Source of the DNA: Octopus vulgaris
Taxonomy: Eukaryota
DNA: 64,000 nt
Direction: 5' to 3'
NCBI GenBank assembly: GCA_951406725.2
Contig: OX597821.1
Location: 88,102,001-88,166,000, forward strand
Positions 1-12,357 of this stretch are shown piece after piece. Each line of letters starts with the position of its first letter. Positions within the stretch are counted from its first letter, which is position 1. Below the pieces are notes generated by a model that was given only the letters and a program-made list of their open reading frames with translations, had not been told where the DNA came from and did no database searches. Both the position numbers and the translations under genes were made by a program.

Positions 1-281
1 TAACAATAGCAACAACGATAATAAGAACCACAACGGTAGCAACAAGAGATGAGACCCATAGAAAACAACAACAACAACAACAACGGGAACAAGATTCAAA
101 GGAAATAAATCCAACAAAACAACAACAATAAGAACTGCTGCTGCTGCTACAAAGAAAACGTAAGGTATGGGAAGACGACGACGTGATATAAGTTAGCTCA
201 GGTAAAATGATCAAGGTGGTAATTATCAACGCCATCCATATAACCACCACCACCGCCAACACCAACACCAACACCAAAACC

Positions 282-399
282 ACTACTACTACTATTACTA
301 CTACTACTACTACTACTGGTGCTGCTGCTGCTGCTATTAACACTACTACGTCTACTACTACAACTACTACTTCTAATAATACTGCTACTGCTGTTGCCG

Positions 400-435
<36 letters not shown>

Positions 436-579
436 TTACTACTACTACTACTACTACTACTACAACTTCTACAACTGCTACTGCTGCTGCTGCCACCACC
501 ACTAACACTACTACTACTACTACTACTACTTCTAGCACTACTACTACTACTACTATAAGTACTACTACTGCTGCTGCTG

Positions 580-632
<53 letters not shown>
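282..632. repeat. (ACT)n/(GCT)n trinucleotide microsatellite
   Basis: Long ACT runs with GCT interruptions; source of the poly-Thr and poly-Leu ORFs. Confidence 0.95.
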
Positions 633-633
<1 letters not shown>

Positions 634-887
634 GAAGACGAAAGGATTTTTTTAAAAAAGAGAGAATGGTGGTCATGTTAGAGGTCGAAGTGATATTTAC
701 CTGTGTTCAAATTCTCTCTCCGTTTTCTTTGCATTCAGCACTCCTGGAGATCGATAAAATATCAACCAAGCGAACGAAACGTCGAAAGAAACGTCTAAAC
801 GTTTCTTCGCAAACTCCTGGCCGTTTTCTGGCATTATATATCATTCTGTTAACAGATATTTTCCACAGTGTGTAAATATGTAGACGG

Positions 888-980
888 TGATGATGATGAT
901 GATCATGATGATGGCGACGATGATGACGACGATGATGACGACGATAATGGTGGTGGTGGTGGTGATAACATAATAATAAT
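888..980. repeat. (GAT/GAC)n, (GGT)n, (AAT)n compound microsatellite
   Basis: Directly visible. Confidence 0.9.
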
Positions 981-1034
981 ATTTGCCCTTGATTTATGCA
1001 CAAGGTCAGCGATTATGGAGGGAGGCGGTTACTC

Positions 1035-1200
1035 AATACCATCGATCCACTCCTCCGCTGGTATTTCTTTCTATCAACCCAAGAGAGATGAAAGGTGAAG
1101 TTGACCTCGATGGTATTTGAACTCACAGCACCAGCAACCGGAAGAAATATCGTAAGATAATTTTGCCCGACGCTGTAATTATTCCTCGTCTCCCCACTGG
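1035..1200 (-). mobile_element. Decayed SINE family B copy
   Basis: gatgaaaggtgaagttgacctcgatggtatttgaactcacagc resembles the reverse complement of the family B core seen at 26056 and 42810. Confidence 0.65.
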
Positions 1201-2108
1201 ATGTGGAACGCTATAAAAATTTGGAACCAAAACTGTAATAAAACGTAAACAATAAATATATAAAATTAATAAATAAAGAAGCTTATTGTATGTATTATAT
1301 GTATGTAAGAAGAGTTGGCGATGTGGAACAAAGAAAACTGCGCTGAAAGGACATCTGAATACAATTTGAAGAAATCGATACAACCCCAGCTGAAACAAGT
1401 GATGATTATGCAACACATTACATGTGGTTTGTGCATACAAGATATGTGGCTTAAATAATATACATACTTACGATAACGAGGAACTACTGAACTTCGGAAC
1501 AATTAAAAGAGAATGAAAATGCTGAACATCAACGAAGTAAAGCAAAACAATCGTTGCACTACAAAACGAAAATGTCTACCGTTTTATTACAGAAATAGAA
1601 AAGTAGAATTCAATAATAAAACGATTAAAATGGCTACCGACTACAAATAAATTTAATATCAATGTAAAAATGAAGTCCTTCTGGAAGGAAAATATATGCC
1701 TTAAGAAAATCATATAAAGAAAAGTAAGATAAGGCAGTCCGATAAACGTGAAGTCTATCTCTGGGAAAACAAGGTTATTTGTATCAATTAAAAAACAATT
1801 TTGGACAATAATCTCTCCACTCTGACCCCACAACAGAGAAAAACAAAATCTAACAATGTGCAACACAAAAAATTTTAATTATGTTAGAGCGAATATGGGA
1901 AACAATTATTCAGTACAATAAAAATCAATGATTCAGGTGGTAATATATATATATTTACAAACACAGACGAAGTTTTTTTAGGGAAGAGATCACGGTTTCA
2001 AAGTGACGAAAAGATCTTGACACAAACTAAATTTAAATGTTGAAGTGAAGCTAACGGTTTTTGTGAGTACTTAAATGGCTTACAAACGTCTTCCACGCTG
2101 CAATTGCT

Positions 2109-2113
<5 letters not shown>

Positions 2114-2163
<50 letters not shown>

Positions 2164-2395
2164 TAGAAAGGCCTCTAACGTAATTCTTAATTTTACTTAA
2201 TTTTACTTAATTTATTTTATTACCCTTTTTACTATGTCTAGATATATATATATATATATATATATAATTTCAACAATTGAGGGTAAAATTAATTAATTAT
2301 TAATCAATTTCACCAAGTGTTCAGTATGCAAAGGGACCATTTAAAATAATTTAAAATAATTTAAAATAATTTATTTTACTAAGCCCTTTTATATA

Positions 2396-2427
<32 letters not shown>

Positions 2428-2529
2428 ACGTGTGTGTACGTATGTATATATAGGTATATATATATATGTATATATATATGTATATATGTATATATCTATA
2501 TCTATATCTATCTATCTATCTATCTATCA

Positions 2530-2623
<94 letters not shown>

Positions 2624-2645
2624 ACATACATACATACATATATAT
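2114..2645. repeat. (TA)n and (TATC)n microsatellite cluster with short AT-rich inserts
   Basis: TA runs at about 2114-2162, 2242-2265 and 2391-2415; (TATC)n at about 2495-2622. Confidence 0.9.
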
Positions 2646-2782
2646 AACTATTGCTTAACCATTTTCTCGCACCGTCTCCGATGAAGGGATATATAAAATA
2701 TCCAGGAAACAGCTGTAAGACTTCTTTATAAATGTTCTCAAAACTTTAACACCTTGGATTTTTATCTCATTCTGTTAATTTT
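2646..2782 (+). mobile_element. Probable Penelope-like pseudo-LTR fragment inserted in (TA)n
   Basis: Short unique segment bounded by TA repeats and carrying a hammerhead fold; PLE assignment is inference from known PLE pLTR architecture. Confidence 0.55.
2674..2721 (+). ncRNA. Minimal type I hammerhead ribozyme-like motif (U4C core variant)
   Basis: GTCT-CCGATGA-ag-GGATAT(ataaa)ATATCC-ag-GAAA-CAGCTG-TA-AGAC: stem I GTCT/AGAC, 6-bp stem II, palindromic stem III, GUA triplet. Confidence 0.65.
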
Positions 2783-2830
2783 ATATATATATATATATAT
2801 GCGTGTGTGTCTGTGTCTGTGTCTGTGTCT

Positions 2831-2861
<31 letters not shown>

Positions 2862-3131
2862 CATAAAAATGCAAGCATGACACAATACAGTCAACAAGGA
2901 ACTTAACACCACATTCCAAAGAAGCAGCATCTGCTGAAGTACCTGGGTATTATGCGTGAGTTTGCACCTGCAGCATTCAATGAATTAGTAAGCATACCAA
3001 ATCAACAAGTGGATTGTCGGTGGAGAAAAAATATATTCTCAAAAACAAAAATACCAGAAACCCACAAATCGCTAAGCCTGTGATGCGTTTACTAAGAACA
3101 TACGAAATCTTATTTATCCACAGCATAAATA

Positions 3132-3684
3132 TTGGGTTGTCCGGAAAGTTCGTACCAATTTATAGTAGCTTATCTTTCGACTTATTTTAGAACATGTTTG
3201 AGTCTATAAAAGAGGTTTTGACTACACCTTCATTTAGAGTACAGTTTAAGCTATCTTTTCGTGGAAGAAGGTTTATGCTCCTATAACCTGTGTTAATTCT
3301 GTAACCCTTTAAAATGGAAGATAAGAAAGTTCATTTTCGGTGCTTGATGCTTTGGGAACCAGACAAAAATTGCTGTAGCTCGGCTGGGATGTGTTACCCC
3401 ACACTCCATATTCACCACATATTGCTCCTTCGGATTTCCACTTATTCAGGTCTCTGCAGCATAGTCTTAATGGTAAAAATTTCAATTCCTTAGATGACGT
3501 AAAAAGATACCTTGATGAATTCTTTGCCATGACACCACCTCAATTCTGGGAAGGGAGTATTTTTAAGTTAAAGGAAAGATGGAAACGCATTGTGCAACAA
3601 AATGGATCATATTTGGTTGATTAAAAATTTAATGGCAAGTATTTATTGACCTTTTTCTTTCCTTTAAAAATCCGGACAACCCAG
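3132..3684 (+). mobile_element. Internally deleted mariner element (non-autonomous)
   Basis: TIRs ttgggttgtccgg / ccggacaacccag with TA on both sides; N-terminal MEDKKVHFRCLML fused to C-terminal LPHTPYSPHIAPSDFHLFRSLQ (mariner YSPDLAPSD motif). Confidence 0.92.
3314..3624 (+). pseudogene. Mariner transposase remnant
   Basis: ORF 3391-3624 has YSPHIAPSDFHLF and KLKERWKRIVQQNGSY; most of the gene is deleted near 3357 and there is an in-frame stop. Confidence 0.88.
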
Positions 3685-4259
3685 TACTTAGAAAGAGGCT
3701 GATTAGTCTCCTGATAATAAGTAAGTTTGCCAGTGGAACGAGTAGGTCTCCGAAAAAGATATATAGCAATCACAGGTAAGTGGAGTTCTTTATGAAAACA
3801 GCAAAGAGTGGAGAAACGAGTTTAGTGTAACGAGTTCCTAATAGAAAAACGAGTTTAGTTTAGTTTTCCTTATAGAAGAGCATTTCGTATTATAACACTT
3901 TCGGATACTGGAAACACTCTACGTAAACAAGGCAGCTCCACTGTTTCCACTGCTAATATGGTACATCAATGCTAGCATGGTATAATGCTAACATGGTAAA
4001 GTGTAAAACAATCAGAACGCTATAATGCAGTGAGAAAGATAATTAAAATCGACTCTGTATCTACGGAAAGAGAGTCTTCCAAGAAATATCATTATCTCCT
4101 CTACAGCTCTGCTCAGGTCTGACTCCATTCACAAATTTATAAATAAAATCACTCTTGTTTACTGATGCTTTGTATAATAACTTTAAAAGAAGGATTATTA
4201 AATAAGTCATTCTCCGTCAGTTTCGGTAGTGCGTATTTATTTATTCGATCAACTGAAGC

Positions 4260-4500
4260 ACCTGCTTCTTGGATTAGCGTCTAGGTGGCTGAACTTTCTG
4301 TAACACGTCTTAATCTCTGGTGAAATCAGTGTGATGTAGTTAGATAAGACTGGATCTTCAAATTACAGGTACAATTTACCTGGTAGAGTTTTCGTCTACT
4401 CAGTTTCACCTACAATACTTAAGTCCGATGTTATAGCGAAAGACAATTATCATAATTAACCTGAATTGGGGTCGAGTGCAGGATCCCGTAATTGTGAGGC
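4260..4500 (-). mobile_element. Old SINE remnant with a family C-type tail
   Basis: ggtggctgaac...caaattacaggtacaat matches the 28310-28428 segment at low identity. Confidence 0.5.
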
Positions 4501-4542
4501 GTATCATTCGGAAATATTGCGTCCTGAGATTAGAGATGCAAA

Positions 4543-4938
4543 TCTTCATATATAAAAGTGAGGTTGTGTGCTGTCTGTCTCCTACGATTTAGATTCCTAA
4601 CTACTTCCACATTTTGCGGTGCAGTTTAACCAAAACCGGGTATCGTATAGTTGTGATTCATATCGAGCCTTTCTGGGTATTAGCGCGCGTCTACGAGGAG
4701 GCTACGATTTTTAAAATAATTCACCATTAATTTTTCCCATTTTTAATGTATTTTTGGCATATATAAGGGAAGTAACTCTCTAAAAATTTATTATTAAATC
4801 TCAGAACGTAAAAAGCTAGAGTAACACTCCCCCTTTGTGGTTAACCATATTGAGATGGCTATTATACTTTACATCTCTAAAAATGCTTATATAGTTATTT
4901 CCCTTACAAACCCGAGCAACGCCGGGCCATACTGCTAG
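4543..4938 (+). mobile_element. Non-autonomous Helitron
   Basis: Begins A|TC, ends with hairpin cccgagcaacgccggg followed by CTAG|T; no TSD. Confidence 0.8.
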
Positions 4939-5140
4939 TCCAACATAAAAATTGTCCAACCAAACAATTACGAACAAGATACTAATAAAAGGAGGCGAAT
5001 TTACTGAGACTGGGGACATTAAATTAGAAATAGGTCAGGGAATCATAGAATTTATAACAAACACGCATGGAAACATTTCGGAATGGATGAAACTAATAAA
5101 CCTTTCTATTAACGTAAATTTTTTTTGGGGGGAGGGGGGG

Positions 5141-5310
5141 ATTATCGATTATATCGACCTCAGTATTTCACTGGTACTGAATTTATCGATCCTGAAAAGA
5201 TGAAAGGCAAAGTCGACCTCGGCGGAATTTGAACTCAGAACGTGAAGACGGACGAAATGCTGTTAAGCATTTCATCCGTTGTGCTAAAGATTTTGCCAGC
5301 TCGCCGCCTT
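5141..5310 (-). mobile_element. SINE family B (tRNA-like head, Deu/Nin-like central domain)
   Basis: Reverse complement of aaggcggcgagctggc...gttctgagttcaaattccgccgaggtcgactttgcctttcatc. Confidence 0.88.
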
Positions 5311-5379
5311 TTAGATGAATAAAACTAATAATGAAATATGGAAGAGAAAATAACAGTATATTACAAATTAAAAAGAACA

Positions 5380-5544
5380 GGCGCAGGAGTGGCTGTGTGG
5401 TAAGTAGCTTGCTAACTAACCACATGGTTCTGGGTTCAGTCCCACTGCGTGGCATCTTGGGCAAGTGTCTTCTGCTATAGCCCCGGGCCGACCAATGCCT
5501 TGTGAGTGGATTTGGTAGACGGAAACTGAAAGAAGCCTGTCGTA

Positions 5545-5596
<52 letters not shown>

Positions 5597-5826
5597 TGTG
5601 TGTGTATATGTTTGTGTGTCTGTGTTTGTCCCCCTAGCATTGCTTGACAACCGATGCTAGTGTGTTTACGTCCCCGTTACTTAGCGGTTCGGCAAAAGAG
5701 ACCGATAGAATAACTACTGGGCTTACAAAGAATAAGTCCCAGGGTCGATTTGCTCGACTAAAGGTGGTGCTCCAGCATGGCCGCAGTCAAATGACTGAAA
5801 GAAGTAAAAGAGTAAAAGAGAGAGAG
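5380..5826 (+). mobile_element. SINE family A, full length (tRNA-like head, CORE-like segment, internal (TA)n/(TG)n, LINE-like tail)
   Basis: A-box-like tggctgtgtggt, B-box-like ggttcagtcc, cttgggcaagtg segment, tail ending (agtaaaag)n; near-identical copies at 30314, 43082, 54498, 57116. Confidence 0.95.
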
Positions 5827-5969
5827 TAAGCTGTAGAAGCACACGGCTTGATTTTGTTAATTGTTTTAAGTACCTAGGTAGTCGTATACATAAACATCCT
5901 CTCGAATCTGTCAGGCTTGAAGAGGGAAAACATGGACTGTGTGATACATAGCGGGCGATAAGGATTTAG

Positions 5970-6115
5970 CATCAATCAGTTGTCATTCCTTTTCAGCTGA
6001 CTAGATTGGATCATCGTGAAATGATAGTAGTTTGGTCAAAGACAACACTCCACTCTTCCTAGGAATCGAACCCACGAACTAATGAACGCCAACCAAACAC
6101 TCTAACAATTAGGAG
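5970..6115 (-). mobile_element. Highly decayed tRNA-derived SINE
   Basis: ggaatcgaaccc (reverse B box) followed by ctctaacaattagg (reverse A-box-like). Confidence 0.45.
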
Positions 6116-6916
6116 ACGTGTTTTCCGTACAGTTTACAATAATACTATTAAAAAGTGAACAGACTAATAAGATAATATGCCGCTGCAGTTAGAAATTACA
6201 TTACCATGTAACACTGATAACCTTTTACAAGATATATACTGTTTGCACTCACGGTATGTTTTGATTAAAGCTTTGGTTCATATCTTTCTGTGGGATATTT
6301 TTTTTATGCAACACTACGTTTAGGTATACGATTTCAAAAAGAATATCAAGAAACGTTAAGCCATGGACTGTATGTTAGCATATCAGCGCTCAAAAATCAT
6401 ACACACAGAATTTAGTATAAATTTTATCATAGGTGTTGGTTTACTAATCTCAGTATAACTTTTAATATAGCCAACAGAAATCCAGATAAGGAACAATATA
6501 TTGACGAAGCCCTGTCAATTTATGGCGAGAGAAATTCTTGAAATACTGATATAGATTCATTGAATTCGGAAGTAGAAAAACAACTCAAAATATGATATAA
6601 TATAATAGGATAATAATAGAAGCCATCTTTGATTTAAAAAAACAGAAAAGGAAAAATTAAATTTGTGAAGATGTGGCAGCTGAAACTTTACAACTGCAAC
6701 AATTTCATATAATACGTTATGACGTCATGACCAGCTGAAAAGTTGTACAAAACAACATGCACGACCAACGGTTAGTTACATTCAAAGCACGAAGTTCCAG
6801 ATAAATTCGGAATGTGAAAGAGTAAACATTACGTAGAGATTTAAACATGTTCGAAAACACGTCTCTCATATCATGCATATTATTGAACAGTGTACACATT
6901 AAATAACACATTTTTA

Positions 6917-6936
6917 ACACACGCACACACACGCAC

Positions 6937-6994
<58 letters not shown>

Positions 6995-7000
6995 ACAAAC

Positions 7001-7033
<33 letters not shown>

Positions 7034-7036
7034 AAC

Positions 7037-7112
<76 letters not shown>

Positions 7113-7114
7113 AT

Positions 7115-7147
<33 letters not shown>

Positions 7148-7190
7148 CAAACACATACACACACACCCACACGCACACACACATGCACAC
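6917..7190. repeat. (CA)n microsatellite with CAAA interruptions
   Basis: Directly visible. Confidence 0.95.
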
Positions 7191-7838
7191 ATGCGTACGT
7201 GTGTAAGTACAATCAAGAAAACAAAATAAAACTTGAACAAAAAACGGATTCTAAAGCACTTAAATAGCATTCCAAAATATTTTCAATAATTTCAATATTA
7301 GATCAACAAATTAATACACATTCAGTTTCATGCATAAATACAGGCACACATAAAAAAAACATACGCGCAGACATATATACACTCATATAAACCCACAAAT
7401 ATATATGCATACACACACAAATTCTTATCTGCATGAATGACTGGTGAAAACTACAACAGGCTCTCTGTGTCTGAAGAAAAGCAAATAGTTAAGTGGGCTC
7501 TAATATACTTAATGTAGAGATTCAAAAACCGCTTTTAATTAAAATTTCACCCCATAATGACCAGATAAAAGTACTCTTTATCTTAATGGTTAAATCTGGT
7601 CGAGTAAGACAAAGCTACTGCCTCAGAATTTGAGTTAATTAAAAGTAATTATACGTAGAATACAGTGGAGATTAGATCTGATCTGTGGCATAGATGTCTG
7701 GAAATTTACTTAGAAAGAACATACGGAATATGGATAAAATTAGCGATGGAACCCAATAAATAATAGACAAAAATTTCTCTGAGAAATCTGAAGAAAATTT
7801 CGACCGTATTTCAAGTTTGCGTGGACATCAGTATAGGC

Positions 7839-8028
7839 CAGTGGTCCGCAGCTTTTTTTCACTTGCGGTACACATATATTCTTTTAAAAATTCGGCGGCA
7901 CACCTGAATTAAAAATATAAAATAAAAGTATAGGGAAAAAAAAAATTGTATTCCGGGTACACTGCGGCACACCAAGCGTCGTCTAGTGGCACACCAGTGT
8001 GCTGCGGTATACCGATTGCGGAGCACTG
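7839..8028. mobile_element. hAT-superfamily MITE
   Basis: TIRs cagtggtccgca / tgcggagcactg; perfect 8-bp TSD gtataggc at 7831-7838 and 8029-8036; internal gcggcacac subterminal repeats. Confidence 0.92.
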
Positions 8029-8772
8029 GTATAGGCAGAGACACTGATCTCTTTTGGCACTAACATGTTTCTAAGAATACCATCGGAGTTCAGCTGTGAT
8101 AATTCATGTAGCTATACTTGCTCTTCAACATAAGAGAGTCTAATAGGATTGCGGACAATGAGCCTGTCCTCTTTGGCGCTATTTAGCTGAATCCCCAGAA
8201 TGGAGACAAAATGCTTTGTGCTATTTTTTCAGTCTCTTTGTGTTATAAGTTCATTCAAATTCCATGAAAGTTAACTTTGTGTATCATCCCTTTCATGGCT
8301 GATAAAATAATGCCCCAGTTCAGAGCAACAAGTTTGTTGTAATCATTGGCGTTAGACCAGATGTCTAGAAGTATTTGTTTCGGGGTTTGCGTTCTGAGTT
8401 CTTGAATCGGACGCAGGACTTGAAGATTTTATCCACCAACCGATTTAGCTTCCCTATATGGATCTTGGAAGCCTTTTATTGTGAACGTATTTAGCCTTAC
8501 GTAGTAATGGTAGATTAGTCAGAAATTTAGAGATGTTCGTTGATAATTTTGTTGTTTAGTTATGATATGCGATGCAATTCCCTCGCGATTTTTAATTTCT
8601 AGAGGAAAGAAAATACTATCTGCACTTGGTGACATTTATAGATAATTAGAAAAGACCTTGAGAGAATTAGCAGAGTATTATTTTTTTCCTTCGCCAGGAA
8701 TTTCCAAACCAGCATTTTGGAATACCAAGACTTGAGTAGTATTACAGTGTTAATAATATTTATAATAACATT

Positions 8773-8785
8773 AATAATAATAATA

Positions 8786-8855
<70 letters not shown>

Positions 8856-8885
8856 GCAATAATAATGGTGATGATGATGATGATA

Positions 8886-8920
<35 letters not shown>
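8773..8920. repeat. (AAT)n plus (GAT)n microsatellite
   Basis: Directly visible. Confidence 0.95.
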
Positions 8921-8921
<1 letters not shown>

Positions 8922-9230
8922 ATAATACGTGCAAATGTCTAATGACGATGTGATTGCATAAGATTCAAAGAAAATATATACAGAGAGAGAGAGGGGGGGG
9001 GAGAGAAATAAATAAAGGAAGGAAAGAAAGAGAGATATTAAAGGAGAAATGTGAGAGGGATTCGAAGTAGTCAATGAAGGACAATGTGGAAGTTACCGGC
9101 AGATGAGAGAAAACGATTGAGATAAGATGACATATAAAGAAGTGAGGGTGGGGAGGAGGCCGGTTAAAGAGCGCAAAGGAAAGATACTAACAATGGTGAG
9201 CAGAAACGGGAAGGGTGAAAAGAATCATAG

Positions 9231-9233
<3 letters not shown>

Positions 9234-9280
<47 letters not shown>

Positions 9281-9660
9281 GAGTGAGAAATAGGTAGATA
9301 GACAGGGGAGAGAGAGAAAAGAGAAAGAGAGTCGAGAGAGAGAGAGCGAGAGAGAGAGAGAGCGAGAGAGAGAGAGAGCGAGAGCGAGAGAGGGAGGGAA
9401 AATGAAAGTGAGAAATAGATAGATAAGGGAGAGAGAGAATAGAGAGAGAGAAAAGACAGAGAGAGGGAAGAGAGAGAGGGAGAGAGAGAGAGAGAGAGAA
9501 TCAGAGGTTTTTAAAGATCGGGGAAAGAAATAGAGTAAAAGTAAGACTGACAGGTGGGAATAAACGTAGAGAAAGTGAGGGGGAGAAAGACAAAGAGAAA
9601 GAAAGAGAGACATACAGACAGAGAGAGCGAGAAAGACGGGGAGAAAGTGGGAGGGAGTAA
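9234..9660. repeat. (GA)n / polypurine tract
   Basis: Directly visible. Confidence 0.9.
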
Positions 9661-9830
9661 GCAAGTGAGACAGACAACTGACACATGTGTTTAATTATTG
9701 GTGGGTGTAGTCAGGCATGTAAAAAGCTACTAATTATAAAGAAGCTATCAATTAAGTTTTGGTGAAACCTAATTAGTGAATGTTACAGTAGTGAGCTTAT
9801 AGCTGCAGGAGGTCAGCAGAGTAACATGCG

Positions 9831-10075
<245 letters not shown>

Positions 10076-10371
10076 CACACATGCAAATGTACTCGTGTAA
10101 ACATGTATGCTTATATGAATATAAATACACATGGATGCATGTAGATACATAAGCACACACATGTACACTGATACACACATACACACGCACGCATTCAACT
10201 TCGTTTATCATAGTACTTATTCTAACATTAGTGTCTTTAATCAGCTAATCAATCAATCAAGCAACCAATCGATTCATATATGCATACGTAATGTACGGAT
10301 TGCATATATACATATACACATATGTGTGTCTCTGTATATATATACATATACACATATGTGTGTCTCTGTAT

Positions 10372-10458
<87 letters not shown>

Positions 10459-10461
<3 letters not shown>

Positions 10462-10666
10462 TTTTTTTAAAGCAGCAGAAAATTCAACAAAACCTGTTAC
10501 TCTGAGTTTCGCGTTGCTAGCAAAAACTGTCCGTCGAACGGAAACGGGAAACTCAGAGTAACAGGTTTTGTTGAATTTTCTGCCGCTTTAAATAAAGCAT
10601 ATTACTCCACCACTGGTATTTGAGTACTCTTTTTTCCACCTTGTTTCACATTTATGTGTTTACTCC

Positions 10667-10668
<2 letters not shown>
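10459..10668 (+). mobile_element. Fold-back element in (TA)n, probable PLE pLTR derivative (copy 1)
   Basis: Inverted arms ttaaagcagcagaaaattcaacaaaacctgttactctgagtttc and its complement; homologous to 55396-55633; TA runs on both sides; mutated hammerhead at 10527-10564. Confidence 0.8.
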
Positions 10669-10709
<41 letters not shown>

Positions 10710-11373
10710 CAAATGAACCCAAGACAGAATGCAAGACTATATATACACATGTGTATATTTTGTCCGGATAGGACACAAGCCTGTATTTCTGAACACAGAA
10801 CAGCAGGAAGCTGTACGGCTTTTAGTCATCAACGGCGTGAACCAGAAGTATGTAGTATGTAGTATTTAGTATCTTCATAAAATTTGGTGATAAAAGCTGT
10901 CAAAAGAGGAGGGAAACAATATGAAATACAGATATCTATATTGCAATTTGGTTTGATTATTATACATATACAGAACGTTAAGGAAGCAGCGTTAGAAGTA
11001 CGAAACAATTTCAGATCAACTTGCAGAAATGAGATAATGATTATTTTAGCATATTAGTATAATTGCTAATACTATTGGCAGTACTATCTCTTAAATATTA
11101 GGAAAACATTTTTTTTGTGAAACGTATGGATTGAGACATGAAAAACTAGCGACAGTAAGCTAAGAAGCACAAACGAAATGAAAGAAACGTGTATCTCTAA
11201 CAGAAGTGGTATATTCATACATTAAATATTTTTCTGGTTAATTACCTACATTTCTGATAACGTACAGAAGTAAAGAAATCTATGTTCACAAAAATGGAAA
11301 AGATAAAATATGGATGAATACAGGTAGCAAAGTAGAGTAAGCCGAAATTTCGAACAGACTTCTACAGTCGAAA

Positions 11374-11767
11374 TCTCTCTCTATATAAAGCTGAAGTTGT
11401 CTGTGTATGGCAGGTTTGGTAGCCTTCAACTAGCACTATCTCCTTCGAGACCCTGCGATGCAAGATGACCAAAATTGAGAGTATGATAGAAGAAGGCTTG
11501 CTCTTCCTTCCGTAGAAGAAAAAAATTTAAATCGGACCATGTTAACACCAAAAATTATTTACATCAAAAAGGTGCTTTTTTTCTATGAAAATCCCTATTT
11601 TTTACGATGTTTTGACTGCTGTGTCGCCATTTTTCAAATGTATTTCAACCAGGAAAATGTTCACTTAAAGAGAATAACGAGCTACATAGTGCAAATTTTT
11701 TACTTTTCAAAAATTCCAATTCTAAAGGGTCGAAATATACCCGAGCAACGCCGGGCGATACTGCTAG
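11374..11767 (+). mobile_element. Non-autonomous Helitron (second subfamily)
   Basis: A|TC start; 3' cccgagcaacgccgggcgatactgCTAG|T nearly identical to the 4543-4938 end. Confidence 0.8.
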
Positions 11768-11979
11768 TTATTCTATAAAGCTCCTATTCGCGAAATTAAT
11801 ACAGAAACATTTTAATTGAAGATCACTAAGAAAAAAAAGACAATCACACACATACTGTATATACGCATGCCTGTTTATATAAACATATGTTTATAAATAT
11901 ACGTCTCGTTGTATGTTTACATACACACGCGCGCGCGCACACACACACACACTCACATACGCATCACACGCACATAGAT

Positions 11980-12357
11980 CTGGGAAGCTTGCTTCCCAGC
12001 AATTTGCTTCCAAGTTCAGTCCTATTGCGTGGCACCTTAGGCAAGTGTGTTCTTATATTGACTTGTGAGTGTATTTGTTAGACGGAAACTGAAAGAAGCC
12101 CGTCGTGTACATATATACATATATATATATGTATATATTTATGTATATGTGCGTGTATGTATGTGTGTGTATGCGCGTGTGCGTTTGTTTGTGAGTGTTA
12201 GTGTGTTTAGGTACTCGTAACTAAGCGGTTTGGCAAAAGCGAGCGCTAGAATAAGTATCAGGCGTAACAAAATATAAGTAAGATTGAATCGACTAAAAAT
12301 TCTTCAAGGGGCTGCCCCAGCATGACCACAGCCTAATCACTAAAACAAATACAAGAC
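11980..12357 (+). mobile_element. SINE family A, diverged copy
   Basis: gttcagtcctattgcgtggcaccttaggcaagtg...gacggaaactgaaagaagcccgtcg...cccagcatgaccacagcc. Confidence 0.85.

Noticed and set aside
207-875. 222-aa Thr-rich mucin-like ORF
   Set aside because: Produced by the (ACT)n microsatellite; no signal peptide or domain.
5183-5650. Recurrent ORFs such as MSSNARGT...RLPNPLTR (also at 30264, 43122, 56961)
   Set aside because: Antisense translations of SINE A, not a gene family.
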